Shown here one piece after another: positions 46,808 to 56,368 of a DNA stretch of 64,000 nt. This stretch comes from Planctomycetota bacterium (GTDB lineage: Bacteria > Planctomycetota > GCA-002687715 > DRQF01): NCBI GenBank assembly GCA_011369445.1, contig DRQF01000120.1:847-64846 (forward strand). The letters are read 5' to 3'. The position numbers and the translations under genes were made by a program. Below the pieces are notes generated by a model. The model was not told the DNA's origin and searched no databases. It saw nothing but the letters and a program-made list of their open reading frames with translations. How positions within the stretch are numbered: the stretch's first letter is position 1; every line of letters begins with the position of its first letter.

Positions 46808-49762
46808 ATGCGACTGATGACAAGATTCCTCGTTCTCGCGTTGCTGCTCAGCGGCACGCAAGAAGGCTCGGGACAAAGGCCGGCTCCCCACGGGGCCTTC
46901 GACACCTCGGAGCGGCAAGCCGCCTGGGAGAGGCACCGCGAGCTTCAAGCGGCACAGCCCTTCAAGGGACTTGTCTGGCGCAGCGTCGGTCCCGTCATCC
47001 AGGGCGGGCGCGTCGTCGACGTGGCCTTCGTGCCGGGGCAACCGGGCCGTTTCTACGCCGCCTACGCCACGGGTGGACTCTGGCGCACCGATGACAACGG
47101 TCAGTCCTTTCGCCCCCTCTTCGATCATGAGGCGACCACGGTCCTCGGCGCCGTCGCGACGGACCCCTCCCATCCCGATCGGGTTTGGGTCGGAACAGGA
47201 GAATCCAACTCGTCACGCTCCTCGTACGGGGGCATGGGGGTCTATCGATCCGATGACGCCGGCAGGACCTGGACGGCGGTCGGCCTCGCGGACACGGACC
47301 GCATCGGACGCATCGTCGTCGATCCCGAGAACGGCGACAGGGTGTTCGTCGCGGGGCTTGGCAAGCTGTACACACAAGGCGGACGCCGAGGCGTCTTTCG
47401 AACGACCGACGGCGGAAGGACCTGGGAACACGTCCTCCAGACGACGGGTATGACCGGAGCCATCGATCTCGTCATCGATCCCACGAACTCGAAAGTCGTC
47501 TATGCCGCGACCTGGGAGAGGTCGCGCCGCCCCTGGGATTTCATCGAGGGCGGGAACGGCTCTGGAATCTGGAAGTCCACGGATGGTGGAACCACCTGGA
47601 AGCGCCTCGAAGGCGGGCTTCCCCGTGGAGAGAACGTCGGACGTATCGGCCTCGCTCTTTGTGCGTCACGGCCAAGAACGCTTTATTGCTGCATCGACAA
47701 CCAGGCCCCCCTCCCCGAGGACGAGATCGATCTCGGGGGCAATCCTTTGTCCGTCCGACGCGTCCGCGCGATGACGACGGAGGAGTTTCTCGAGTTCGGC
47801 GTCGATCGCATCGAGGGATTCCTCCGCGGAAACGATTTCCACCCCGACCTGGATGCGGAAACCCTCATCGAGAAGCTGAAGAAGCAAGAGATCACCCTGA
47901 AGGACGTCCTCGACGACATCCAGGACGGAAACGCCGCGCTGTTCGACACGACGATTCGCGGACTCGAGGTCTGGCGAAGCGACGACGCCGGGGAACACTG
48001 GACGCGAACCCACGAGAAGCCACTCGATGGCGTCGTGAACACCTACGGCTACTACTTCGGACAGATCCGCGTCGCTCCCTCGGACCCGGAAACCGTCATC
48101 ACCGTGGGGGTGCCCATGATCAAGTCGACCGACGGCGGGAAGACCTGGTCCTCCATCCAGGGGGACGGCATGCATGTCGATCATCACGCCATCTGGATCG
48201 ACCCCCACGACCCTCGCCACATCCTGGGGGGCAACGACGGCGGGTTGGATGTGACCTTTGACGGAGGGGAGCACTGGGATTCCCTCGACGCACAGGCGGT
48301 GGGGCAGTTCTATACCGTGGAGCTGGACGATGCGAAGCCCTACAACATCTACGGAGGGTTGCAGGACAACGGCATCTTGAAGGGATCGTCACGGTCCGAT
48401 CCACAGCGGGGTCCGCGTTGGACCCGGGTGGGCGGCGGAGACGGCATGTACGTCCGCATCGACGTCCGCGACGGCAAGACCATCTACTTCGGGTCCCAGT
48501 TCGGTCACTATCGGCGCCGTGGTCCGGACGGAGGCCACGAGATCCGCCCGCGAGACCGGCTGAAGGAATCGGCGCTTCGCTACAACTGGGCCACCCCCAT
48601 CCTGCTTTCGCCCCACACGCCGGAAATCGTCTACTTCGGTGCCAACAAACTCTTCCGATCGATGGATCGAGGCGAATCGTGGGCCGCCATCAGCCCGGAC
48701 CTCAGCCGCTCTCCGCACCGAGGCGACGTGCCCTTCGCCACCTTGACGGCGGTCGATGAATCGACACTCCAGGTGGGCCGCCTATGGGCCGGGACCGACG
48801 ACGGTCAGATCTGGACCAGCAAGGACGCCGGCCTGACCTGGGACGACGTCGGAGCGGGACTCCCGAGGGATCGGTGGGTGAGCCGGCTGGTGGCTTCCCG
48901 CTATGCGAAGGGCCGCTGCTACGTAACTCTCAACGGCTACCGCGACGACGACGGCACCCCCTATGTCTACGTGACGGAAGACAACGGCCGAACCTGGCGA
49001 AGCTTGGCGCAGGGGCTGCCCGGGGAAGCGGTCAACGTCATCCGAGAGGACCCCCTCGAGGAGGACATTCTCTATGTGGGGACCGACCGAGGGGTCTACG
49101 TGTCCCTAGATAGAGGGGAAAGCTGGATGGGGCTGGGCATGGGGCTCCCCTCCGTGCCGGTCCACGACCTGAAGGTCCATCGCCGGGAGCGGGAGTTGGT
49201 GGCCGCCACCCACGGACGCAGCGTCTGGATTCTCGACATCCTGCCCGTCCAGGATTCCAAGGACGTGGCCGACGCGACGGTCCATGTCTACCCTGTCGAG
49301 GACCGAACCTTCTCGAGAGGCTGGCGGAGGCGTCCCTCGCGCTGGCGTTCCTCGAGATCCCGTGACCCCGAAATGAAGATCACGTACTGGGCGAAGGAAG
49401 CGGGTGACGCCGTCTTCGAACTCCAAGATCGGGACGGACGGGTCTATCGCCGCATTCCTCTCGTGGCCAAGCGGGGCGTGAACGTCTTCACTTGGGATCT
49501 CAAGGTCGACGAGAAACCCGCCTTGGCGGCCGAACAGGAGCGGCTTGAGAAGAATCCCCCGAAGACGCGCGAGGGCATCCGGGAGAAGATGCCCGTCCAA
49601 GAAGCCTTGAGGCTGGGTTGGCCACTCTACGCTCAGCCGGGCTCCTACCGAATCGTCGTTCGAATCGGCGACGCCCAGGCCTCGACGGACTTCAAGATGA
49701 AGGCGCCATCCTCCCGACGCTCTTCCAAGAAGAAGAAGGAGAAGATTCGAGGCAAGCGCTGA
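46808..49762 (+). CDS. Secreted BNR/Asp-box (VPS10/sortilin-like) beta-propeller protein, putative glycosyl hydrolase
   Basis: WRSVGP...GGRV, many S/T-x-D-x-G-x-T/S-W Asp-boxes, HVDHHAIWIDP, GGLQDNG, ATHGRS. Confidence 0.88.
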   Translation: MRLMTRFLVLALLLSGTQEGSGQRPAPHGAFDTSERQAAWERHRELQAAQPFKGLVWRSVGPVIQGGRVVDVAFVPGQPGRFYAAYATGGLWRTDDNGQSFRPLFDHEATTVLGAVATDPSHPDRVWVGTGESNSSRSSYGGMGVYRSDDAGRTWTAVGLADTDRIGRIVVDPENGDRVFVAGLGKLYTQGGRRGVFRTTDGGRTWEHVLQTTGMTGAIDLVIDPTNSKVVYAATWERSRRPWDFIEGGNGSGIWKSTDGGTTWKRLEGGLPRGENVGRIGLALCASRPRTLYCCIDNQAPLPEDEIDLGGNPLSVRRVRAMTTEEFLEFGVDRIEGFLRGNDFHPDLDAETLIEKLKKQEITLKDVLDDIQDGNAALFDTTIRGLEVWRSDDAGEHWTRTHEKPLDGVVNTYGYYFGQIRVAPSDPETVITVGVPMIKSTDGGKTWSSIQGDGMHVDHHAIWIDPHDPRHILGGNDGGLDVTFDGGEHWDSLDAQAVGQFYTVELDDAKPYNIYGGLQDNGILKGSSRSDPQRGPRWTRVGGGDGMYVRIDVRDGKTIYFGSQFGHYRRRGPDGGHEIRPRDRLKESALRYNWATPILLSPHTPEIVYFGANKLFRSMDRGESWAAISPDLSRSPHRGDVPFATLTAVDESTLQVGRLWAGTDDGQIWTSKDAGLTWDDVGAGLPRDRWVSRLVASRYAKGRCYVTLNGYRDDDGTPYVYVTEDNGRTWRSLAQGLPGEAVNVIREDPLEEDILYVGTDRGVYVSLDRGESWMGLGMGLPSVPVHDLKVHRRERELVAATHGRSVWILDILPVQDSKDVADATVHVYPVEDRTFSRGWRRRPSRWRSSRSRDPEMKITYWAKEAGDAVFELQDRDGRVYRRIPLVAKRGVNVFTWDLKVDEKPALAAEQERLEKNPPKTREGIREKMPVQEALRLGWPLYAQPGSYRIVVRIGDAQASTDFKMKAPSSRRSSKKKKEKIRGKR

Positions 49763-49768
49763 GCCCTA

Positions 49769-49789
49769 CCCGCGCCGTGACGGCGCGGG
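49769..49789. terminator. Hairpin between convergent genes
   Basis: CCCGCGCCG-TGA-CGGCGCGGG. Confidence 0.45.
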
Positions 49790-49802
49790 GCGCCTCCCCT
49801 GT

Positions 49803-50075
49803 TCAGAGGTTGGACTGAATCGAAGTCGCCACCTTGTCGTTCATGAAGGTGACGGTGATGCTCTTGTCCCCGTCCTTCCAAACCTCGACCTTGCCCGAGG
49901 CGATGCCCTGCACGCCCGCGGACTTCGTGTCGTCGGGGCTTCCGAGGATCGCGTGGACCTCGTCCACGGTCATCCCCGTCTTGATCTTGTCGAAGTTCTC
50001 GCGGGTGACCTTGGTACCGCAGGCGAAGACGAACATGAGGGTGAGGAGGACGAGAAAGCGGGCGAGAGGTTTCAT
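49803..50075 (-). CDS. Small lipoprotein (BamE/SmpA/BLIP-like fold)
   Basis: Lipobox VFAC; ENFDKIKTGMT.DEV..ILGSP motif. Confidence 0.75.
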   Translation of the reverse strand: MKPLARFLVLLTLMFVFACGTKVTRENFDKIKTGMTVDEVHAILGSPDDTKSAGVQGIASGKVEVWKDGDKSITVTFMNDKVATSIQSNL

Positions 50076-50181
50076 GGTGTGCATCCTTGTTCGGTTTGGG
50101 ATCGGGTTGGCCGGCAAGTATGGACGTTTCCGGAAGGCCTCGAAAGGGGCTGGGGCGAGGCGACGACTTGTCCCCACTTCC

Positions 50182-50207
50182 CCCTACTGTCAGGATCGAC
50201 AGTAGGG
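50182..50207. promoter_or_regulatory. LexA operator (SOS box) upstream of lexA
   Basis: CCCTACTGTC-AGGATC-GACAGTAGGG palindrome containing TA-CTGT-N8-ACAG-TA (core 50187-50202). Confidence 0.85.
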
Positions 50208-50219
50208 AGATTCCATGTC

Positions 50220-50855
50220 ATGTCTGAATCCTCCATCGATCTGACGCCGGGACAGCAGCGGGTTCTCGATTTCATCCTAGCCTTCCAAAAACGGGAGGGC
50301 TTTCCGCCCACCCATGCGGAGATCGCACGGGGTCTCGGCTTTCGTTCCATCAACGCGGCCAGCGAGCACGTCCGACGACTCCGTCGCAAGGGAGTCATCG
50401 ACTACTCCTCGGGGCTCGCGCGAAGCATCCGAGTGATGGCCGCCGGCGCAGCCCCCTCGTCGCCCCGTGGACTTCCTCTGATCGGCTCCGTGGCGGCGGG
50501 GCAGCCCCTCCTCGCCGAGGAGAACGTCGAGACCCACCTGGATCTGAATCCCGCCCTTTTCCGACCCCGCGCCGACTACTTCTTGCGAGTCCGCGGCGAC
50601 TCCATGATCGAAGCGGGCATCCGTCCGGGCGACCTCGTGGCCGTCCATCGGCAGGCGGACATTCGCGAGGGCCAGGTGGCGGTCATCCGCATCGGAGACG
50701 AGGTCACCTTGAAGCGTTGGCGGCGACGGGGCCGCAAAGTTCTTCTCGAGCCGGCCAACCGTCGTCTGTCTCCCATCGAAGTGGATCTCCGTACCCAGGA
50801 CGTGGCCATCGAGGGACTTCTCGTGGGACTGCTCCGCCTGGGCATGGACGCCTGA
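50220..50855 (+). CDS. lexA: SOS repressor LexA
   Basis: PPTHAEIARGLGFRSINAASEH wHTH, VAAG cleavage site, GDSM (Ser), VTLKR (Lys). Confidence 0.97.
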   Translation: MSESSIDLTPGQQRVLDFILAFQKREGFPPTHAEIARGLGFRSINAASEHVRRLRRKGVIDYSSGLARSIRVMAAGAAPSSPRGLPLIGSVAAGQPLLAEENVETHLDLNPALFRPRADYFLRVRGDSMIEAGIRPGDLVAVHRQADIREGQVAVIRIGDEVTLKRWRRRGRKVLLEPANRRLSPIEVDLRTQDVAIEGLLVGLLRLGMDA

Positions 50856-50858
50856 CGC

Positions 50859-51626
50859 GTGAAACCTCTCATGGGAACCCGAGCCTCCTCTCTCGCCGAA
50901 CTTCGAAGTCTTCTACGGAGCAGGGAGGGGGACGCACCTTGCTCCCGTCGTTCCACCGGCCATGGGGATCTCGACCGAAGACTGCGCGGGGGGTTTCTCG
51001 TGGGCGCCTTGAACGAGATCCTGCTCCCCGATCATCCCACGGGCATCATGGAAGCGCTTCTTCCCCTCCTCCGTCCCGATCCCAACGAGGAGGAGCCCCG
51101 TTTTTCCGCATGGATCCACCCTCGATGGCTCCCCTATCCCGTCGCCCTGGCCCAGGCCCATCTCCCCTTGGATCGCCTCCTTCTGGTGCGCCCGCGCCAT
51201 GAGAACGATCAGCTTTGGGCCATGGAGAAAATCCTCCGCTCCGGCCTCTGCGCCACCCTGGTGAGCCGTCTTCCCGCCGCCACGCCGGATCGGATCCTCC
51301 GCCGTCTGCAACTGGCCGCGAAGGAAGGCCGCACCCTCGTGCTTCTCTGCCGCCCCCAGGCGGCCGTCCGCTGCCCCTCTCCCGCTCCTCTTCGCTTGGT
51401 GGCCGCCTCCTCCCGTCCGACGCCGCCTCCCCATGTTCGCACCGTGGAGGTGACGGTGGCCAAATCCCGGAACCTCCCTCCGCCCCCTCCCTTCTCTCTC
51501 AGCTGGCCTGTCCACGATACTGTCATTCTGAACAGTTATGCTGTCTTGAGAACTGTTCATGATGACAGCAGGAACATCCGAAACCTGGCTCAGCCTTCGA
51601 TGGGTGGAGCCCCCATCAACCCCTGA
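50859..51626 (+). CDS. imuA: ImuA (RecA/SulA-like mutasome accessory protein)
   Basis: STGHGDLDRRL.GG...GALNEIL, LWAMEKILRSG, LRRLQLAA, SPAPLRL; position in the cassette. Confidence 0.88.
   Translation: MKPLMGTRASSLAELRSLLRSREGDAPCSRRSTGHGDLDRRLRGGFLVGALNEILLPDHPTGIMEALLPLLRPDPNEEEPRFSAWIHPRWLPYPVALAQAHLPLDRLLLVRPRHENDQLWAMEKILRSGLCATLVSRLPAATPDRILRRLQLAAKEGRTLVLLCRPQAAVRCPSPAPLRLVAASSRPTPPPHVRTVEVTVAKSRNLPPPPPFSLSWPVHDTVILNSYAVLRTVHDDSRNIRNLAQPSMGGAPINP
51508..51568. promoter_or_regulatory. Two further SOS boxes in a phased array inside the imuA 3' end / imuB start
   Basis: CTGT-cattctga-ACAG (51520-51535) and CTGT-tcatgatg-ACAG (51553-51568), each preceded 12 bp upstream by an extra CTGT (51508, 51541). 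Confidence 0.75.
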
Positions 51627-52905
51627 AGGGACAGGAGAGAAGCTCCAGCGCCGTGCGGAAGCCCTCTTCCGTTTCAGTCCGGATTTGGCGGTGGACCCCT
51701 GGGCACGCCATCCCGCCCTCCTTTTGGAGGTTCGGCGCACGGCCGTTCACTTCCAAGGCCTGGCCGCCATGCGAAAAGAGATCCTCGAGGTCTGTCGCGA
51801 AGCGGATGGAAGCGCCCCCCTGTCCGCCCTGGCGCCCTACCCCGCGGCAGCCTCCGTCCTCTCCCATCCCCGGTCCGCGACACCGACAAAGCCCCCCTCC
51901 GGGGACGTACCTCTCCCCCAACGTCTCCGCGCGCTTCCCCTGGAGGTACTCGATCCGACTCCCACCGTCGCGAACGATCTCCACCTTTTAGGGCTGAGTA
52001 CGTTGGGCGATCTGGAAGCCCTTCCCTCCCGGGACCTCGCCCGCCGCTCGGGAGAGGAGCTGACCGAGGCCTTGGACCGCATCTTCGGAAGACATCGCCC
52101 CCCTCTCCCGCGTCTCCATCCCAGGGTGGCTTTCCGGGAAAGTCTCTCCTGGTGGCCTCCTCGCACCGACATCGCTCCTCTTCTCTTCGCCGCCAAGCGA
52201 CTTTTCGATCGGGCGGAGAAAGCCTTGCGACGTCGGGGAGAGGGGCTGGTGGAAGCCGAAGTGATCCTCTTCATGCCGGAGACGAAAACGACCCAATCCC
52301 TTCTCGTGCGACCGACCCGCCCCACCGCCTCCGCCGACCATCTTCTGCGCATCCTGCAACACCGCCTGGAGCCCTTGGAACTCGCGGGACCGGTGGACCG
52401 GTTGGAACTTCGTTTCCGACGCCGGGAACGCCTCCGTCCCGCCCAGGGGCTTCTCTTCGAAGAGGACATCGAACGGGCCTGGAGCGAAGAGACCATGCTC
52501 CTGTTGGACCATCTGAGCGCTCGCTTGGGCGCGGAAAACCTCGGTACTCCCCAACTCGTCGCCGATCACCGTCCGGAGTGCGCCTGGAGTCTCGGCCCCC
52601 CCGGCGCGACGTCTCCCGACCCCGTCACCGCCCCCACCGGACGACGTCCTCTCTCCCTCCACGCGAAACCTCTTCCCCTGGATCTCGAAAGCGACGATGC
52701 CGGGCATCCCCGCCGGATTCTTCGCGGCGAGGAGCGAGGCCCGGTCAGCGTCCTTGGCGGTCCGGAGGTGATCGAAAGCGGATGGTGGGACGGTCGGGAT
52801 GTTCGTCGCGGTTACTTCGAGATCGCCACGGGAAGCGGGGCCCGGTGGTGGATCTTTCGAGACCTTCGCAGCGGCTTTTGGTTTCGCCACGGAGTCTTCG
52901 ACTGA
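51559..52905 (+). CDS. imuB: ImuB (inactive Y-family polymerase)
   Basis: RFSP, LGLSTLGDL, clamp-binding QGLLF, ARLG, DHRPE, RRPL, GPEVIESGWW, RRGYF, W..HGVFD. Confidence 0.9.
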   Translation: MMTAGTSETWLSLRWVEPPSTPEGTGEKLQRRAEALFRFSPDLAVDPWARHPALLLEVRRTAVHFQGLAAMRKEILEVCREADGSAPLSALAPYPAAASVLSHPRSATPTKPPSGDVPLPQRLRALPLEVLDPTPTVANDLHLLGLSTLGDLEALPSRDLARRSGEELTEALDRIFGRHRPPLPRLHPRVAFRESLSWWPPRTDIAPLLFAAKRLFDRAEKALRRRGEGLVEAEVILFMPETKTTQSLLVRPTRPTASADHLLRILQHRLEPLELAGPVDRLELRFRRRERLRPAQGLLFEEDIERAWSEETMLLLDHLSARLGAENLGTPQLVADHRPECAWSLGPPGATSPDPVTAPTGRRPLSLHAKPLPLDLESDDAGHPRRILRGEERGPVSVLGGPEVIESGWWDGRDVRRGYFEIATGSGARWWIFRDLRSGFWFRHGVFD

Positions 52906-55900
52906 TGCCCGAGTTCAGCGAACCGAAGGAACACGTCCATCCGAAGCAACGATGCGGAAACGATGAGCCGGCGAGACCGGGGACGTCCACCTCGCCCGTC
53001 CCTCCTCCCGCAGACGCCCTCCCTCCCTATGCCGAACTTCACGCCCTCAGCAACTTCACCTTCCTCGAAGGCGCTTCCCATCCCGAAGAGTTGGTGGAAC
53101 GGGCCGCCGCCCTGGGCTATGAAGCCCTCGCTCTCACGGACCGCGTCTCACTCGCGGGCATCGTGCGCGCCCATGTGGCGGCCAAGGAACACGGTCTGCC
53201 TCTCGTCGTGGGCTCGGAGATCCAGGTCGAGGATCTCTCCGCACGCCTCGTTCTTCTGGCTCCCGACCGCCCTGGCTACGCAAAACTCTCCCGGCTGATC
53301 ACTCTGGGCCGTCGCCGCGCCGCCAAGGGCGCCTTCCGACTCTTCCGCGAGGATCTGACGGATCACGGGCCTGGGCTCTTCGCCATCGCCGTGCCGCCCC
53401 CCCAGGTTCTACTCCCCGACACTCCCACCTCCGCCCGGAGGAGATTCACCGAAGAGCTCCTCTTTCTCGGCCGCGTCTTCGGGCCGGGAGCCTTTCTGGG
53501 ACTCACGCTCGACCACAGGCAATGCCAGGCCTCCGTCTGGGCGCGCTCGGAAAAGATGGAAGCCCACACGGGACTCCCTCTGGTGGCCCTCGGCGGTATC
53601 GAGGCGCACCATCCCGCCCGTCGTCGTCTCCGAGACGTCCTCACCGCCATCCGCTGGAACATGAAGGTGGAGGATCTGGGGCAGCGACTTCCCCAAAACC
53701 TCCGGTGGATGCGACGACGCGAAGTCCTGGCCCGACTCTTCGCCCGGCGGCCGGACGTCCTCACCCGCACCGCGGCCATCGCTCGGTCCTGCCGCTTCTC
53801 CCTGGACACCTTGCGCTATGAATACCCGAGGGAGGTCCGAGAACGGGACCTGCGCACCCTCACCTACGAAGGGGCATGCGAGCGCTACCCCGAAGGCGTC
53901 CCTCCCGAGGTGGAACGCCTTCTCGAACACGAACTCGCTCTCATCGAGGAGATGCAATACGAGAGCTACTTCCTCACCGTCTACGACCTGGTGCGATTCG
54001 CCCGGTCCCGAGGCATCCTCTGCCAGGGACGAGGCAGCGCCGCCAATTCGGCCGTCTGCTATTGCCTGGGAATCACCGCGGTCGACCCCGATCGCTTCGA
54101 TCTTCTCTTCGAGCGATTCATCTCCAAGGACCGCCACGAACCTCCGGATATCGACGTGGACTTCGAACACGAGCGACGGGAAGAGGTCCTCCAATACGTC
54201 TATGAACGCTATGGTCGCGAGCGAGCGGCCCTCGCGGCCACGGTGATCACCTATCGGGGTAAAAGCGCCGTTCGCGACGTGGGGCGTGTCCTCGGTCTAC
54301 CCGCCTGGCAGGTAGATCACCTGGCGAAGGGGCTCCATTACTGGGACGGGAAGCGTCTCACGAACGAGCAACTCGAGGCGGCGGGCCTCGATCCCTCGGA
54401 GCCCCGAATTCGAAGAGTCGCGGAACTCGCCGGAGAGATCCTCGGCTTCCCCCGACATCTCTCCCAGCACGTGGGCGGCATGGTGATCACCGAAGGGCGT
54501 CTGGACGAACTCGTGCCCATCGAGAACGCCGCCATGGAGGGACGAAGCGTCATTCAATGGGACAAGGACGACTTGGACGCCCTGGGGCTCCTCAAGGTGG
54601 ACTGTCTCTCACTCGGCATGCTCACCGCCATCTCCAAGGCGTTTCGACTCATCGAGGAGATCCGAGGGCGCACTTGGGACCTGGCCTCCATTCCCGCCGA
54701 AGTCCCCGCCGTCTATGACATGGCCTCCCGGGGCGATACCGTCGGCGTCTTCCAGATCGAAAGCCGGGCGCAGATGGCCATGCTTCCCCGCTTCCGTCCC
54801 CGCAACTTCTATGACCTCGTCATCGAAGTGGCCATCGTACGCCCCGGCCCGATCCAGGGCGGCATGGTTCATCCCTACCTACGGCGCCGCCGGGGCGAGG
54901 AGAAAGTCAGCTACCCCTCAAAGGCCCTGCGTTCCGTCCTCGAGAAGACCCTCGGGGTTCCCATCTTCCAAGAACAGGTGATGAAGCTCGCCGTGGTGGC
55001 GGCGGGGTTCACTCCCGGCGAGGCGGATCAACTTCGAAGGGCCATGGGAGCCTGGAGGCGCCCGGGTCTCATCGACGCCTTCCATGAGAAGCTCATCCGC
55101 GGCATGCGGGAGCGAGGCTACGAGGACGACTTCGCCGAGGCCGTCTTCCAGCAGATCCGCGGCTTCGGCGAATACGGTTTCCCGGAGAGTCACGCGGCGA
55201 GCTTCGCGCTCCTCACCTATGTCTCTTTGTGGTTGAAGCGTTTCGAGCCGGCGGCTTTCCTCTGCGCTGTTTTGAACAGTCTTCCCATGGGGTTTTATGG
55301 CCCTGCCCAACTCATCGCGGACGCACGTCGACACGGCGTCCCCGTCCTCCCCGTGGACGTCCTTGCCAGTTCCCTCGATGCGACCCTTGAGCGCCCCGAA
55401 GATCAAGACATCGAGGACGGGAGCCGTTGGAAAAGATCTCTTCCTCCCTCGCAATGGGGACGAGGCGGCCCGGCTGTGCGTCTGGGCTTTCGCAGCCTTC
55501 AGGGATTTCCCCTCGCGGCCGGGGAGCGCTTGATCCAGGCCCGCAAGGTGGCGCCCTTTCGATCCGTGGACGACTGCAGGCGCCGCGCGGGACTGGATCG
55601 CCGTGCGGCGCGCATCCTGGCGGAAACGGGCGCCCTACGCACTCTCGAGGAAAATCGCCGTGGAGCGGTCTGGGAGGCGGCCTTCCCTGTCGAATCCCGT
55701 CCTCTCTTCGAAGATCGATACGGCGCCCCCCCGACCTTCCCGCCGGTCTCCCCCATCGAGGAGGTTCTCGCCGATTACCGCAACATGGGACTCTCCTTGA
55801 AGGCTCATCCCATGGCTCTTCTCCGCGAGGAACTTCGAGCCCAAGGCGTCCTCGGCAGCCGGGACCTCGCGGACGTCCCCCAGGGCGCCGTCGTCGCGGT

Positions 55901-56168
55901 AGCGGGGATTGCCATCTGTCGTCAGCGACCGGCCACGGCCTCCGGCGTGATGTTCATCACCTTGGAAGATGAAGACGGCTTCCTCAACGCCATCGTCCGT
56001 CGCAAGGACCAGGAGCGCTTCCGCGGCCCCCTCCAGGGCGGGCCTCTCCTCCTCCTCAAGGGCACCGTCGAACGCTCTGAAGGCACGAGCCATCTTTTGA
56101 CTGGCTTTATCGAGGACTGGAGCCACCTCATTCGGGGTCTCGTCCACAGATCCAGGGATTTTCACTGA
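52905..56168 (+). CDS. dnaE2: Error-prone DNA polymerase DnaE2 (ImuC)
   Basis: YAELHALSNFTFLEGASHPEEL, CQGRGSAANS, PPDIDVDFEH, GFPESHAASF, C-terminal SRDFH. Start at 52905 (TGATG). Confidence 0.97.
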   Translation: MPEFSEPKEHVHPKQRCGNDEPARPGTSTSPVPPPADALPPYAELHALSNFTFLEGASHPEELVERAAALGYEALALTDRVSLAGIVRAHVAAKEHGLPLVVGSEIQVEDLSARLVLLAPDRPGYAKLSRLITLGRRRAAKGAFRLFREDLTDHGPGLFAIAVPPPQVLLPDTPTSARRRFTEELLFLGRVFGPGAFLGLTLDHRQCQASVWARSEKMEAHTGLPLVALGGIEAHHPARRRLRDVLTAIRWNMKVEDLGQRLPQNLRWMRRREVLARLFARRPDVLTRTAAIARSCRFSLDTLRYEYPREVRERDLRTLTYEGACERYPEGVPPEVERLLEHELALIEEMQYESYFLTVYDLVRFARSRGILCQGRGSAANSAVCYCLGITAVDPDRFDLLFERFISKDRHEPPDIDVDFEHERREEVLQYVYERYGRERAALAATVITYRGKSAVRDVGRVLGLPAWQVDHLAKGLHYWDGKRLTNEQLEAAGLDPSEPRIRRVAELAGEILGFPRHLSQHVGGMVITEGRLDELVPIENAAMEGRSVIQWDKDDLDALGLLKVDCLSLGMLTAISKAFRLIEEIRGRTWDLASIPAEVPAVYDMASRGDTVGVFQIESRAQMAMLPRFRPRNFYDLVIEVAIVRPGPIQGGMVHPYLRRRRGEEKVSYPSKALRSVLEKTLGVPIFQEQVMKLAVVAAGFTPGEADQLRRAMGAWRRPGLIDAFHEKLIRGMRERGYEDDFAEAVFQQIRGFGEYGFPESHAASFALLTYVSLWLKRFEPAAFLCAVLNSLPMGFYGPAQLIADARRHGVPVLPVDVLASSLDATLERPEDQDIEDGSRWKRSLPPSQWGRGGPAVRLGFRSLQGFPLAAGERLIQARKVAPFRSVDDCRRRAGLDRRAARILAETGALRTLEENRRGAVWEAAFPVESRPLFEDRYGAPPTFPPVSPIEEVLADYRNMGLSLKAHPMALLREELRAQGVLGSRDLADVPQGAVVAVAGIAICRQRPATASGVMFITLEDEDGFLNAIVRRKDQERFRGPLQGGPLLLLKGTVERSEGTSHLLTGFIEDWSHLIRGLVHRSRDFH

Positions 56169-56368
56169 CACCGGGAAAGTCGGAAGAAAATCACCATTCC
56201 AGCCGTTGGACTCGAAGCGGGCCCCGCCCCGCGCTAACCTGACGTGAAACTCGTTCGGGCACTTCTCGACTCGCGCGTCCCCACGGGGGGCCGCCTTCCG
56301 GCCGTCTTCGGATGCGGATTGCAAATAGACGCGTCGGGGAAGCCTCGACGCCAAGATAAGGTCAAGAC

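Noticed and set aside
46950-49250. Recurrent similar DNA segments that might suggest an array
   Set aside because: They are protein-level Asp-box repeats; no CRISPR-like repeat-spacer structure was seen anywhere in the window.
52152-52904. N-terminal extension of DnaE2 suggesting an ImuB-DnaE2 fusion or frameshift
   Set aside because: Arg/Pro-rich alternate frame of imuB; a normal TGATG coupling exists at 52903-52907.
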